A DNA stretch of 64,000 nt from Eledone cirrhosa (lineage: Eukaryota), in the NCBI GenBank assembly GCA_964016885.1, contig OZ024742.1:282472001-282536000 (forward strand). Reading direction: 5' to 3'. Below are positions 27,270-40,888 of this stretch, one piece after another. The notes under the pieces were generated by a model, which had not been told where the DNA came from, did no database searches, and saw only the letters and a program-made list of their open reading frames with translations. The translations under genes were made by a program, and so were the position numbers. How positions within the stretch are numbered: position 1 is the first letter of the stretch; each line of letters opens with the position of its first letter.

Positions 27270-28305
27270 CTGGCTGGCTGGATGACTGGTTGGTTGGTTG
27301 GGTTGTTGATTAAGTAGCTGGTTGGCTGGAAGGACGGACAGTTTGACGGATGTGTGATTGGATGGATGGATGGTCAGATAGTTGATTGTTTGGTTAGTTG
27401 ATTGGTTGGCTGGCTGGCTAGTGAGCTGTTTGAATTGTTGGGTAACTGAGTGGTTGGTTTACTGCCTCACTGGATTTCGTGCTGGTTTACTAGCTCGTTG
27501 GATGGTTTGTTGGCTCACTGAGTTGTTGAGTAATTGGATGGTTGGATGGAATGTTAACTGGCTGGCTGGTTGGATGGTTTGTTGGCTGGCTGGGTTGTTG
27601 AGTAATTGAATGGTTGGATGGAATCCTAACTGGCTGGTTGGATGGTTTGTTGACTGGCTAGGTGTTGGTTAACTGTATCTTTGGCTGTTTACCTTGCTAG
27701 ATGGCATGCTAGCCTGCTGGCTGGTTTGTTTGCTGGTTGATTAGTTGGCTGGTTGCTATGTGGGCTGGCTGGCTGGCTGGCTGGTTTGTTTTTCGGTTGC
27801 TTATTTGGCTGGTTAATACGTGGGCTGGCTGGCTGGCTGGTTTGTTTACTGGTTCGTTACTTGGCTGGTTAATACGTGGGCTGGCTGGCTGGTATGTTTT
27901 CTGGTTGGTATGTAGGTTGGCTGGATGGCTGACTGGCTGGCTGAATAGTCGGTTGACTGAGTGGGTTGTTGTTTAACCCTTTTGTTGCTACATTTCTAAT
28001 TAAATACACCAGGTGTTTTAATTAATTTTCAAAATAATCAAGTATCTGGTGGTATTTAAGCAAATGCAATTTTCATTGAGCTGGTTTGGGAAACTTTAGG
28101 AAAAGCGTTCTTAAATAAATTTATAATGGAAGATTTAATTTAAAAATGAGATGTTTTGAACCATAAGACCATCTAAGGCGGCTGGTATCAAAAGGTTTAA
28201 CTGGATGGTTGGCTGGCTGGAGAATGGCTGCCTGATTGCTGGTAGATTAGATGGCTGGTTGGCTGGTTGGCTGGCTGGTTGGCTTACTGGATGACTGGTA
28301 AGCTG
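27270..28305. repeat. Degenerate (GGCT/GGTT)n tract interrupted by a TTAA MITE
   Basis: Directly visible. Confidence 0.8.
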
Positions 28306-28623
28306 GCTCGCATCCTGACGAGCCTGTTCAACAACGAAATGAGTCTTTTATAATGTCTTGTGTGTAGACGTGTAGATATGTTTTAGGAGCATCGTTTATG
28401 AAATATGTATATTAACTGACATTGACTTTCTTTTTACTATATTTCGCATCATGCTCTTTTTTTATTTATTTACACTGGGTTGTATAGTATCATGCGTTGA
28501 AATGTACGTCATCTCCAGCAGACAACTGATGAAGGGATTGTCCCCCGTTTGCGGTTTTCTCTTATTGTTTAATACACTTTATCAAGTAACCACACAGCTG
28601 CCTGTTTCTTCAAATATATATAT

Positions 28624-28818
28624 ATAGGAACAAGTATGACTCCGACGGTAGAGTTCAAGCCATTTCGACGGCTATTTCTGGATAGAAATAGCCGTCGAAA
28701 CGGCTTGAGCTCTGCCGTCGGGGTCATACTTGTTCCTATTACCCACTCTACTACACTAAGTATTGAGTACTTTGGTGCGTTATGGTCCATAAGGTTCCTT
28801 ACCACAATTCCTTCGTTA
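28624..28818 (+). mobile_element. Hairpin family H
   Basis: Centre CTATTTCT-GGAT-AGAAATAG; GAAACGGC-TTGAGCTCT-GCCGTC. Confidence 0.85.
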
Positions 28819-28866
28819 TATATATATATATATAGTAGAACAGTTATATATATATATATATATATA

Positions 28867-28968
28867 TACAGGGTGTTCCCCCCAAAATGTATGCACACTT
28901 CAACAGCATTCTAATATTGCCTATAGAAGTAATCAAAGTACGTATACATTTTTGGAGGACAACCTGTA
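28867..28968. mobile_element. MITE family A
   Basis: TACAGGGTGTTCCCCCCAAAATGTAT ... ATACATTTTTGGAGGACAACCTGTA. Confidence 0.8.
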
Positions 28969-29046
<78 letters not shown>

Positions 29047-29160
29047 AGTGTGTGTGTGTGTGTGTGTGTTACTATTAGTGTCAGTACAACTGCTGAGCAC
29101 ATATTCAAAGTGATTACTACAAAACGGGTATTTGCGCACACACATACAAATACATATATA

Positions 29161-29432
29161 TACAGTTGTCCCTCGGTATTCGCGGGAGTTACGTTCCTAG
29201 AGCACCGCGAAGAGTGAACACCCGCGAATATTGGACGTGGTCCATAAAAATGCCTATAAATGTCAGAATATAACGTAAAATATAATTTAAAAAAGAGAGA
29301 GCGTCTTATGCGAAGGGGTGTCCAATAGGCGTTAAAAATATATATTGCCACGGAAAAAGCCATAAAAAAATCGCAGAAGATATTTGCGAATCCGCGAATA
29401 ACTGGGATCGCGAATGCTAGCGGTACACTGTA
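29161..29432. mobile_element. Pogo/Tigger-like MITE, degenerate
   Basis: TA-CAGTTGTCCCTCGGTATTCGCG ... CGCGAATGCTAGCGGTACACTG-TA with internal CGCGAA repeats. Confidence 0.6.
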
Positions 29433-29984
29433 TGTATATATATATGTATAAATATATATTCAGAAGTGCGTTATCAACCAAAGTGTATGATAAAGTTATA
29501 GTTGTATATATTCACCGACGTGTATAAATAAATACACATAACTAATATATGGAAATAGAAATTGAAAAACTGAAGAATATCTTTAATCAATTTTTCGATC
29601 TAATTGGACCTTCATGAGAAGTCGTGTATATTATCCAATCAATCACAAGGAAACATGTATTTGATGTGTATGTATATACTCATTCGCTCTTAGTATTATT
29701 CTGAAATAGATGTATTAATTTGCATATAATTAGCATGTACTTACCAACATAAGCAGTAATTATATGCAACGTCAATTTGTATGTCAGTTTTTAATTTACA
29801 GGGAAATTCCTATTTTCTGGCATGTTCACATGCCCACATATTAGATATGCGTATATATTACCGTATATATTGGCGTGGACTTAATTACAGATACAACTTT
29901 ATCATATACATGCATACAAAACATATATATACGTATATATGTATATATATATATATTTATATATATATATATACATATATATAT

Positions 29985-30410
29985 ATACGATATTAATAAA
30001 TGGAAACTATATTTATAAAACTATCCTGATGGCCTCCAAAAGCAACGGACACTTTTTAAAAGGGTACGTCAATGTCTATTTATAAAACTGTTATATATTG
30101 TATTTTGTCTGATGAAGGCATACCATAATTTAACTTGGTATCCTTGAAATCTGAAGACGGCGTATATATGTGTTGGTATGTATATTTAATCTTGATAGTT
30201 TGTATAATTTTGTATAATTTTGTACATAGATCTGTTGAATATGCATGCCAATTCTAACACATATATATCCTAGAAACGATCGTTAAATAATGAACTTTTT
30301 TTGTTTAATATAAGGAACTGTTTCATTGTTTTATTCATTATTTGTTTAATATTTTATAATGAAATAAATATAGTTTTATAAATATAGTTTCCATTTATTA
30401 ATATCGTATA
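29985..30410 (+). mobile_element. PLE-like tail with ~40-bp inverted ends and a decayed hammerhead
   Basis: 29985-30026 is the inverse of 30369-30410; CTGATGA-AGG C ATACCA..TGGTAT CCT-T-GAAA at 30109-30149, with stem III degenerate. Confidence 0.65.
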
Positions 30411-30507
30411 TCTACTCCAAATATTTGTCGAGTGCTTTATATGAGTTATAAAAATATTTGCTTGTTGTATCCCAACAATCTAAATAGAACTTTTGCATAT
30501 ATATATA

Positions 30508-30649
<142 letters not shown>

Positions 30650-31033
30650 ATGTATGAATGAAAAATATAGCGAGAAACGGGACTGTCCATCATCAGTGAT
30701 CTTCTGACTATCATCGATATTTCTTCGCATTAAAGACCATATATATATAATATATATACGAAAGAATATATATATATATATATATATGAAAGAATTTGCT
30801 CCGAAAGCATTTGACGTGTCCGACGAGCCCGCAGGTCCAGAGTCAGACAAGATCCATGCAATGGCCGTGTCTCGAGCTGTCCGCCGGCGAAACAATTGTA
30901 ACACACAATAAATTGATTTCAGATGCATCACTGATTTTTTGTTTTATATTATACCGTACTCTGCTCTGTAAGAGCATAGAGTGCTCAACCGGCATACTGC
31001 CTATGGAAGCATCTTAGCTACCATCAGACACAC

Positions 31034-31149
<116 letters not shown>

Positions 31150-31379
31150 TGAGAGAGAGAGGGAGAGAGAGAGATGTGAGAGAGCGTGAGGGAGAGAGGA
31201 GAGAGAGTCTGCGGTAGTGAGACCGAGGTGACAAGTCAGATGTTGATGTTCAAAATTCCTTTATTCATAAAGCTGTGATATATATATATTTCAATGGCGA
31301 TCATGGCTACGTGATGCTTCCATCATACAACCAGTAACACTACATCATCAGACAGAATCTTATGCAATAGTGTTATGTT

Positions 31380-32290
31380 TCCAATGCAATACGAGCTAAA
31401 AGACAAGGGAATGGACCAATATGGTGTTATTGATACCGCTTATCCGGTAAATAGATTATCGTGGATACATTTTCATTTATTAAATTTATGATCCTTATCT
31501 AAGTACTGTATGAAATCTGAAAGAATAAAGTTCTAAATAACAACATTGGATACTCCTTCAAGACAACATTTGGAGTTCTACAAGGATGTCTCTTCTCTCT
31601 AGTGCTTTTCAAATTTTTTTCTGGAGAACATCATGCAAGAAACAATTCGTTACTTCCACTCTTCCATTTCCATTGGCGAATGGCTCATTCCAGCTTGCTC
31701 TTTGCAGGAAACAGTGAAGGAGATCTCCAGGGATCTACCACATGACCGTGAAGTGACACGAGTGTACAGAATAAAGATCAGCTCAGAAAAGAAGAAGAGT
31801 TTGGTTAATAGTCATAAACAAAATACAGCAACCAATATTTTGCTGAACGAAAGAAATCTTGAAGTACCTAGGAACGAACCACTTTGGCCAAGGAAGACAA
31901 AGATCACTAAGGGAGATAAGACTCGACCTAGACTCTTCAGTCATGACGAAGCTGAACATCATATGAAAAAGCAGTTCCATCATTTTTCCAACAAGTCTCA
32001 AAATCTACAAGTTTCTGGTGACTTTGATCCACTTATATGGGCGCGGGAGTTCAACCTTTACACCCGACATGGAACGAAAAGCTCAGGCGTTCGAGTACAA
32101 ATGCTTCAGAAAGCTACTATGCATCCCATACACAGAGTATAAAACAAACAGCTGCCAGGCAGCAAGTCAACAGATATGCTGGCATATCATTGTGATGATA
32201 AAATGATGGAAGCTCGGCTGGCCACAAATGAGTGAGGGCGAGGATGGGGGAAGCAAAGAAAATCTTGGCCTGACACAATGGAAGACTCCC
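31380..32290 (+). mobile_element. Decayed RTE-clade LINE RT fragment
   Basis: FKTTFGVLQGCLFSLVLF (QG motif) at ~31557-31610; AFEYKCFRKLLCIPYTEYKTN at ~32087-32150. Confidence 0.75.
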
Positions 32291-32319
32291 ACTGTAGAAT
32301 GCTCAACCACTTACACCAT

Positions 32320-32530
32320 AATGGTTTCTGATTTAGGCACAAGGCCAGCAATTTGGTAGGGGGAGAAAGTCGATTAAATCGACCTCAGTGTGCCACTGGT
32401 ACTTTATTTTATCGACCCCGTAAGGATGAAATTGAAAGCTAACCTCGGCAGGATTGAACTTAGAAGGTAAAAGGCCATAACTCTATGCTGCAAAGCATAA
32501 TGTCTGAGCCGCTACCGATACTGCCAATCG
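32320..32530 (-). mobile_element. SINE family 1 (another copy at 33830-34010, minus strand)
   Basis: Reverse complement of the diagnostic core. Confidence 0.85.
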
Positions 32531-33084
32531 ACTTATAATAGAAGATGAACTGTACCCGTTATTCAAAGGACCAGGCTTGCTTTGTGCTGTCATGATGAAT
32601 TTTCTCGTGAATCACGTTAAAGTTACATGTATCGTTAGAATGGCCCACCACTGATAATGCAAAATGGCCTAGACCCACAATTCACAGGTACAGCCATATT
32701 ATACACAGTAACGCTGAATTACGTTATGGGTACACATGTCTGTAAAATGTTGAATCATTTACACATTAAATTAACGTGTAGGCTGTTCCAGGTTGACTGA
32801 ACAACTAGAAGATTAATCGTTAAAACGGACGGAGGTCCATTTTTCTTTGTATATTCAGTCCTAGTTGAGAAGAAGACTCCTGTTTGTATAATTGTATTAA
32901 ATAGCTTGTCTTTCAAGTCAGTATTCCTTCCGTACCCATCACACCGTATCACCATAAAAGTGTTAAATGGGGTCAATAAAGAAATGTTGATCTTGATATT
33001 CATTTTGTTCATTCGACCGTTGATGGAACTTTCTGTGAATTTCCGTCAATGACCATGGGAGACCTCGACTATTGTAGTCTACCA

Positions 33085-33152
33085 ATTACTACTGCTACTA
33101 ATCCTACTACTACTGCTGCTACTACTACTACTGCTGCTACTGCTGCTGCTAC

Positions 33153-33210
<58 letters not shown>

Positions 33211-33263
33211 ATAAATAGAACTGCTACTACTACTACTACTTCTACTGCTACTACTCCTGCTAT

Positions 33264-33325
<62 letters not shown>

Positions 33326-33600
33326 TTACTACTACTACTATTACTACTACTATTACTACTTCTAGAACTACTACTACTACTACTACTATTACTACATCTA
33401 CTACTACTACTTCTACTACTACTACTACTGCTGCTGCTATTACTACTGATACTACTACTGCTGTTGCTACTACTGCAATGATCACGATAACGACAACTAC
33501 TATTACTTCTACTATTACTATAACCATAACCACCACCACAACTACTACTATAACTAGCAACAGTAGCATCAGTAGTAGTAGAAGCAGCAGTAGCAGCAGC

Positions 33601-33652
<52 letters not shown>
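33085..33652. repeat. (ACT)n/(GCT)n/(AGT)n trinucleotide complex
   Basis: Directly visible. Confidence 0.95.
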
Positions 33653-34221
33653 TTTATGGTGGTGGGAGGTGGTGGTGGTGGTTGTAGTTGTGGTTGTATT
33701 GCGGAATGCAAATAGTTGACGGTGTTGCTTGTGGAGAGAAGGGGGTGAAGATGTTGTTGTTCAGTCCCAATTCAGAATTCAGAGGCGGTGGTAAATTGGC
33801 AGAGTTATTAAAGAATGGTTTCTTATATAGCAATTTGGGGGGAGGGGAAAATCGATTGAATCGACCCCAGTGCGTGACTGGTACTTTATTTTATCGACCC
33901 CGTAAGGATGAAAGGCAAAGTTAACCTCGGCGGGATTTGAACTCGGATCATAAGGGCCGTAACTCTATGCTGCAAACCATGGCGTCCGACCCTCTACCGA
34001 TACTGCGAATTAAAGAATACAACGAAATGCTTCGAGATATTTTGTTCAGGCTCTCTTATTCTGTCCAAATACCACCGAGACCAACTTTATATTTCATCCT
34101 ATGTGGAGTCGATAAAAATAAAATACCAGCCGATGGCTATAGATCGGTGGAATTGTGAGAACGTTGGACGAAGTGGGTTATGATTTTAGTACCGGTTTTG
34201 AGTTATGAGTTCATATATGTA

Positions 34222-34342
<121 letters not shown>

Positions 34343-34614
34343 CTGTGTGTATGTGTGTTTGTGTGCATGTGTGCGCATGTGTGTGCGTGTGTATATTAGA
34401 ACTCTTAACGAAGAAGATTCAGTATGTACTGTAGCAGTAAAAAAAAAACCGGATTAGTTCAGTAATGGAGTCAAGTCTTCTATACTTCGTTATTAATTTC
34501 CATCTCTCCTTCTATGGAAGAAATCGGTATGTATATAGATTTCACTGCAGAAGTAAATGATAAAGTAGAAAATCAAACTTTCCAGTTGTTGTCTTCCTGT
34601 TTCTTCTACAACAA

Positions 34615-36243
34615 CTACAACGGTACCCGATGGGACCCACCCACAGCCCCGGCGAACAGAAAGGATAAGGCGGTTCCCCGGAGGACGGCGAGGGGGACGC
34701 GCTGGAAAAGCCACTCCAACTCGCGGGGCTCACACCTGCGGCTGGCCAGCTCAGCGCCTATGGTGGTGAGTAAGGAGGTATCCCTGGGGCCGAGGACACC
34801 AGAAGTCTCCACTGCCAGTGGTACGACCGCAAACCTGTCGGAGAGCGACCGGTATTTGAGAAGTTTGGCCCCCTCAGCCCGACGTGCAGCAGAACCTGGG
34901 TCAGTCGCAGATTCCACCAGGTTGCGACTGCAGAAAGTGTCGGTGCAAGTGGCATCCCAGACGAGGGGTTTGCCACAGCGGAACGAGAAGATGGTCATGC
35001 CATCTAGCCTTTTGACGTCCCTTCGATGCAGCCCCATCAGCTCAAGCTGGGAATGGAACCCTGCAGCGTCCAAGCCATGCTTAATGACCTCGTTGAGGGC
35101 AGCATGGCGTGGATTGCGGCCGGCACTGTGGCGACAGCACCGCGGGTGGAGGCCGAAAGAGTCCACAGTGGAACCGCAGTGACATTGGTGTGGCTGGCAG
35201 ATCCGGAGGCCGAGTCTCAGGGAAACGCCGATACGCAGGCTATGGTTGTGTAACTGTGTGCCAGTGGAGAAGGAGGGCAGGGCATGAAGGCAAGCACCAC
35301 TGTGGGGCTTGGAGGCCGCACGAAAACAAGCAAGGCGGTGCTGGTCGAGCTGGCGCGTGAGCTTGTCTGAGGCTAGGCTGCACTGAATAGCATCCCAAGT
35401 GCGTCGGGGGGAATTGATGTCAACAGGGGGAGAAGGAGGAGGGACGTCTACTGGGCTAAGTCCCAGCCGGTCCCAAGTCTCACAGGCGGCCTCACGTTCT
35501 CTGAACACAGAGGGTTCTGTTGTGTTTTGAAGAACCCTGCTGACGAGGACGGGGAACGAGGTTACCGACGAAAGATACGCCGGCAAAGCTAGTGGGATCG
35601 GGGACCGGAGGCCAAGGCCGACGTACCTGACAGGTAAAGTGGCCTGTTGCCACCCTATGTCGTCAAACTTGACGTTGCATATCTCCTCGGCTGCTGCTCG
35701 GATACAAGTTTCGAAGTCAGAGAGGAGAGATGTCTGAGTGCAGCACGGAACGCTGCGGAGTGTATAGAGGAGCTTCGGCATGGCGAAGCAGTTCCTCAGC
35801 AGAAAGAGAGCTGGGTGGCCGTCAATCAAGCCCAGTCGGCTCGGGAAAATCTGGAGCTGTTGAAGCCTGGACCTGAGGATGGAGCAGATGGCCGGCGGGT
35901 GGGTCGGTGACCCGAGGATGAGGACATCCTCTTTGGGGGTCACCTGAACCTGGCGGAGAATGGACCGCACGTCCAAGACGGAGGCTGCAAAGCTCGCAGC
36001 ATCGAGGCTGACATTCACCACCTCCGACTTGACCGAGTTGACCTGGAGGCCGATTCCCGCCAGGGCAGGAACCACCGATTGAAGGTCATGGCAGACCGTC
36101 CGTACGGGCCCGCCCACCGTAGCATCATCCAGATACCAAACGTTGAGAGGAGCCGTGATACTCCGGACGATGTGGTCAATACCAAGGGCGAACAGGAGGG
36201 GTCCCAAAGGGTTGCCCTGTTGGACCCCTGGAACGACGGGGAA
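34615..36243 (-). mobile_element. 5'-truncated CRE-like non-LTR retrotransposon: RT C-terminal half, CCHC finger, restriction-like endonuclease
   Basis: GVQQGNPLGPLLF, WYLDD, CHC..H..CC, RH, RLDG, WDATCTDT, K..KY and PLAVETSG in one open frame; GC-rich relative to flanks. Confidence 0.9.
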
Positions 36244-36332
36244 CAAAAAATGTATACACACTTTGATTACCTGTACAGCCAATATTGATTAGAACGCTGT
36301 TGAAATGTGTATACATTTTGGGGGGAGACACC

Positions 36333-36337
<5 letters not shown>
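36243..36337. mobile_element. MITE family A, left TIR truncated at the CRE-like element 5' junction
   Basis: Right TIR ATACATTTTGGGGGGAGACACCCTGTA is intact. Confidence 0.75.
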
Positions 36338-36416
<79 letters not shown>

Positions 36417-36420
36417 TCCA

Positions 36421-36465
<45 letters not shown>

Positions 36466-36527
36466 CGTAAAATAAGAAAATATTTTTTTTTAAAATTTTT
36501 TTTAATTTTTTACTTACTTAAATTTTC

Positions 36528-36609
36528 ACTCCAACTAATTAGTTTCTGCAATGGGATAAAGACAGTTACGTAATCCAACTGTCGAGAATTCATTGCGTCA
36601 TCAGGGAGT
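36528..36609 (-). ncRNA. Type I hammerhead ribozyme
   Basis: Minus strand ACTCC-CTGATGA-C GCAATG..GACAGTT..AACTGTC..CATTGC A-GAAA-CTAATTAG-TT-GGAGT; palindromic stem III, GUU triplet. Confidence 0.85.
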
Positions 36610-36884
36610 CTATTCTCAGCTAAGTCTCCAGGCAATGCGCGGACACTGGCGGGTCATATAAAAATAATAATAATTCGGTAGATAGAACAGCTGGCGAGGA
36701 CTGGATTCTATGTACTGAAACTCTCACTGCTTCTAGTCAAATGGCCGATTCTAAAGAATCAATCACGTGACACAGAGGGTAGTTAGAAGGAATGGGATGG
36801 TAAGATGATTGACGCCTACTAACACCCCCAAAAAAATTTTTTTAGAAGTTGTTTTGGCAGGTTTGCTCGACAAATCAGTGATTT

Positions 36885-36956
<72 letters not shown>

Positions 36957-37064
36957 GAAAAAGTATGACCCCGACAGCGGAGCTGAAGCCGTTTCGACGG
37001 CTATTTCTGGTCCAGAAATAGCCGTCGAAACGGCTTGAGCTCTGCCGTCGGGGTCCTACTTTTT

Positions 37065-37070
<6 letters not shown>
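36957..37070. mobile_element. Hairpin family H, arms only
   Basis: Centre TATTTCTGG-T-CCAGAAATA; flanked on both sides by (TA)n. Confidence 0.85.
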
Positions 37071-37136
<66 letters not shown>

Positions 37137-37893
37137 ATATATATGGTGATTTCACCCTTGTTTAGTGTTTAATGTTAATGTAACTTTAAATAGCCCACTA
37201 TGGTCGTTAAAAATTTCCTCACATTTTAGCCGTAATTAAATTTGTGTGAGCACAGCTTGAAAGTTCTTTTCTTTCAGTTTATTTTACTTCTACAATTGGT
37301 ATCTGAGCAAACATGGTTGTCACGTAACATATGGTGAGTCGCTTCTCGAGTGGTTATTTGTTTGATATAAGTGTGTGTAAATGTGTGTGTGTGTATGTGT
37401 GTGAATGTGTGTGTGTGCGTGTGGGTGTGGGTGTGTGGGTGTAAAAGAATGTGTATATATAAATTAATGTTTTGTCCCTTGTATTTTACTCTACAGGACA
37501 GCGTTTTGGCTTGTGTCAGACGTCGTGATTCTAGGTGAACCAGCAGTGCTGTTGGAAGGGGTCGAAACTGCCAATGTCCACCTCTACGGCCAATGACCCT
37601 GGAGTTCTGTGTCCTTCGTTTGTATTTTTTTTAAATAATTTTTTTAGGTCTCCCCTTAAAAAATTGTTTTTCCTAATTCAATTAGGAAAATTCAATTAGA
37701 AAAATTAACTATACTTAATTCACATTTCGTAAAGTGGAAGATCAATATTAGACATCTTAACAAGCCAGGACATTTAACATCGAGAGAACACGACTCTTCA
37801 TGGAGCTTTCTCACAATAAAACAAAAAAATCTTTCAGTGACCGCAACATGTGTTTTTCCAAATTTTAAATCAAAACTGTTGTTTACTACTGCT

Positions 37894-38026
<133 letters not shown>

Positions 38027-38244
38027 CCTCACTTTCTCTCTCTTTTTTTTCTTCCTCTTTCTGTCCATCTATCTAGCTATCTATCTCTATTTCTTCCTCT
38101 ATCTATCGTTTTTTTCTTTCTCTCACTCAGTTCTCATTACTGTAATACTGTTCTACTTACCATGTCCACTACAAGCCTCCGTCTAATTCTTTTGTGATTC
38201 GACTACTGACATGCTGAGGTCACTTCACAACGTCTCTTGCTATT

Positions 38245-38430
38245 GAATTGGCAGTATCGGTAGAGGGTTGGACTCCAAGCTTTCTAGTATAGATACGTCC
38301 CTTTACGGTCTGAGTTAAAATCCCGTCGAGGTTAACTTTGCCTTTCATCCTTACGGGGTCGATTAAATAAAGTACCAGTAATATATGGGAATAATTGCTG
38401 GCTTTGTGCCAAAAATAGAAACAATTAATA
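38245..38430 (+). mobile_element. SINE family 1
   Basis: Diagnostic core and tail. Confidence 0.85.
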
Positions 38431-38838
38431 TTAGTTCCAGGGCGATTGCTCGAACTAACTTTGTTAATTTCTTTATTCCTATTACAGTTACCTACCAACA
38501 TTTGTGTGTTACATTTGATCGTGGCAGTTTTCCTGTCCTATATCGTCTTCTTTTTTGTCCAAAGTCCATTGTTTCCATCCCAAATAGATATCTTCCTTTA
38601 GATATTATTGGTGCAGTGTGGGTGAATAGTCCTTCCTGTGGAATCATCCGAAACTATGAGGACCTCCAGAAGACAGCTGACGAGAGAATTGTCAATATGC
38701 TTGCCCCTTCAGAGTTTTCTGTTTCCTGTATGTGCCCCACGTGTTATATATACATATAAAAATATACATATATAAATGTATAAATATGCATACATATGTG
38801 CATATAGATATATGTATATATAAATATATATGTATGTA

Positions 38839-38920
<82 letters not shown>

Positions 38921-38922
<2 letters not shown>

Positions 38923-39328
38923 GGAGAGATGACCCCTTAGCCTTTGTCAAGGCAGAATTCTAGGAGAAGGAAAACTCTGATATAACACCTGCAACCCTGA
39001 TGGTATCCAATGATGTTGACTTGTCCTTCTTTTTGGTAAATATCATCTTGGTTAAGAGAGTGGGACTGGCTTTGTGCAGTGCCTTTGCTCACTATAAAAG
39101 CTTCACGGCACAGGCATTGCTTTATATCTGGCGATCTCTCTGCACTTGTCGTCACATGGTACCAAGGGCCCAACACTATGTGTCAATAATTGTCACAAGT
39201 GTAGTGTTTGCACCAGAGTTTTCAAGTCGCTGGCTGGACTAACAAGTCACACTCGTTCAGCGCATCGGTAGGGGTTCTCCTACATGGATATAAAGTAGTG
39301 GCCGTACTCGAAAACGAGTTGGCAGCCA

Positions 39329-39331
<3 letters not shown>
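38921..39331 (+). mobile_element. RTE-clade LINE 3' fragment inside (TA)n
   Basis: Inverse of 5686-6094 with the same end points. Confidence 0.75.
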
Positions 39332-39374
<43 letters not shown>

Positions 39375-39454
39375 GATGATTTCTAATGAATGAAACAGTT
39401 CTAGTCCTGTAGAATCTCATCTATATTAAAACTATATATATATATATATATATA

Positions 39455-39789
39455 AAAATAAAGATCCGAAGGCATGGTATAAATATCCAATCATTTTAAT
39501 CACGACACATGTTTCAATAAGATCTATATCGATCGTGTAGCCATGATCGATTATCACTGATCTCGTCAGGTGAAAATGAATTGTCTTCGAATCCTTATGA
39601 GGGACTAAACTCAGTGAGTGAACACCGTTAATTTTCTCCCTCATATAAAGGATTTGAAGACAATTCATTTTCCCCTGACGAGATCAGTGATAATCGATCA
39701 TGGCTACACGATTGATATATCTCTTATTGAAACATGTGTGGTGATTAAAATGATTGGAAACTTATACCATGCCTTCGGATCTTTATTTT
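39455..39789. repeat. Fold-back duplication (~150-bp arms) with a hammerhead in each arm
   Basis: 39455-39604 is the inverse of 39637-39789 with a few substitutions and a small indel. Confidence 0.9.
39500..39573 (-). ncRNA. Minimal type I hammerhead ribozyme (mutated twin at 39671-39744, plus strand)
   Basis: Minus strand TCAC-CTGACGA-GATC..ATCGATC..GATCGAT..-GAAA-C ATGT G-TC-GTGA; GUC triplet (GUG in the twin). Confidence 0.8.
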
Positions 39790-39931
39790 GATACAAATAC
39801 TCCGTTTTGCATCATCTAGCTGTTCCTATAAATAGAATTGGAGATATACAAAAGCGTGGAGAACTTAATATTGCTAACAAAAATTTTATTGGACCGTTTG
39901 ACACAACCAATAATACACCTTACTATATAAC

Positions 39932-39982
<51 letters not shown>

Positions 39983-40021
39983 CGAGCCGTATATAACTGA
40001 ACAAAAAGAAAAACGAACACA

Positions 40022-40091
<70 letters not shown>

Positions 40092-40210
40092 CAAATCGTA
40101 ATGGACCAAAATCGCTAAGGTGAAAAAAACTACAGACAATATGGTTTGCTAGACTCAATTTAAGAATAAATTAAGAAAAATAAATACAAACCAGTATTGT
40201 GGTAACTACC

Positions 40211-40295
40211 ATCACCCAGACGGTCTTTGATAGAACCGTTTCGCAATATTATTTGTGAAGAGATATACCAAATTCCAGGTTCATCAGTGGGTGAT
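40211..40295 (-). ncRNA. Type I hammerhead ribozyme with extended stems I and III
   Basis: Minus strand ATCACCCA-CTGATGA-...-GAAA-CGGTTCT ATCAA AGACCG-TC-TGGGTGAT. Confidence 0.85.
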
Positions 40296-40399
40296 GAAAT
40301 TAGTATCCTCCTCACTTCTAAGTCAACTAGAAAACTGGAAAATGTGTGTATATATATATAACGCACATGGTGTGTATATATATAAGGCACACTAATTTC

Positions 40400-40484
40400 A
40401 TCACCCACTGATGAGCCTGGAATTTGGTATATCTCTTCACAAATAATATTGCGAAACGGTTCTATCAAAGACCCTCTGGGTGAT
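40400..40484 (+). ncRNA. Twin hammerhead in the opposite arm
   Basis: ATCACCCA-CTGATGA-GC...GC-GAAA-CGGTTCTATCAAAGACCC-TC-TGGGTGAT; G-to-C change at position 16.2. Confidence 0.8.
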
Positions 40485-40672
40485 GGTAGTTACCACAATG
40501 CTGATTTGTATTTATTTTCCTTAATTTATTCTTAAATTGAGTCTAGCAAAGCCTAATGTCTGTAGTTAGTATTTTTTTCACCTTAGCGATTTTGGTCCAT
40601 TACGATTTGAACATATATATATATATATATCTGTGTTCGTTTTACCTTTTTCCTTTTTGTTCAGTTATATAC

Positions 40673-40711
<39 letters not shown>

Positions 40712-40845
40712 CCCACGCAGATACACACACTGACACACATACACACACACACACACATACACATATACATATATACTATTGCGACTGTTTTGTTGCAGCT
40801 TGGAGCACTCATGTAGAAATATTGTTGTTGTTGCACATATATATG

Positions 40846-40888
<43 letters not shown>

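Larger units (their letters stand above)
39992..40670. repeat. Fold-back duplication (~300-bp arms) with a hammerhead in each arm
   Basis: 39992-40306 is the inverse of 40391-40670; the internal (TA)n differs in length between arms. Confidence 0.9.

Noticed and set aside
28311-28350. Hammerhead CTGACGA..GAAATGAGTC
   Set aside because: Stem I does not pair; counted only as decayed
33049-33711. 212-aa Thr/Ala/Ser mucin-like ORF
   Set aside because: Trinucleotide tract open in several frames on both strands; no domain or clear splice context
34514-35182. 222-aa plus-strand ORF, and similar ORFs opposite the Tx1 elements
   Set aside because: Antisense shadows of GC-rich retroelement ORFs
37497-37595. 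Possible host exon after TTTTACTCTACAG, or a hammerhead (AGGTG..GAAAC..GTC-CACCT)
   Set aside because: No partner exons or recognisable peptide; hammerhead core CTGANGA is absent
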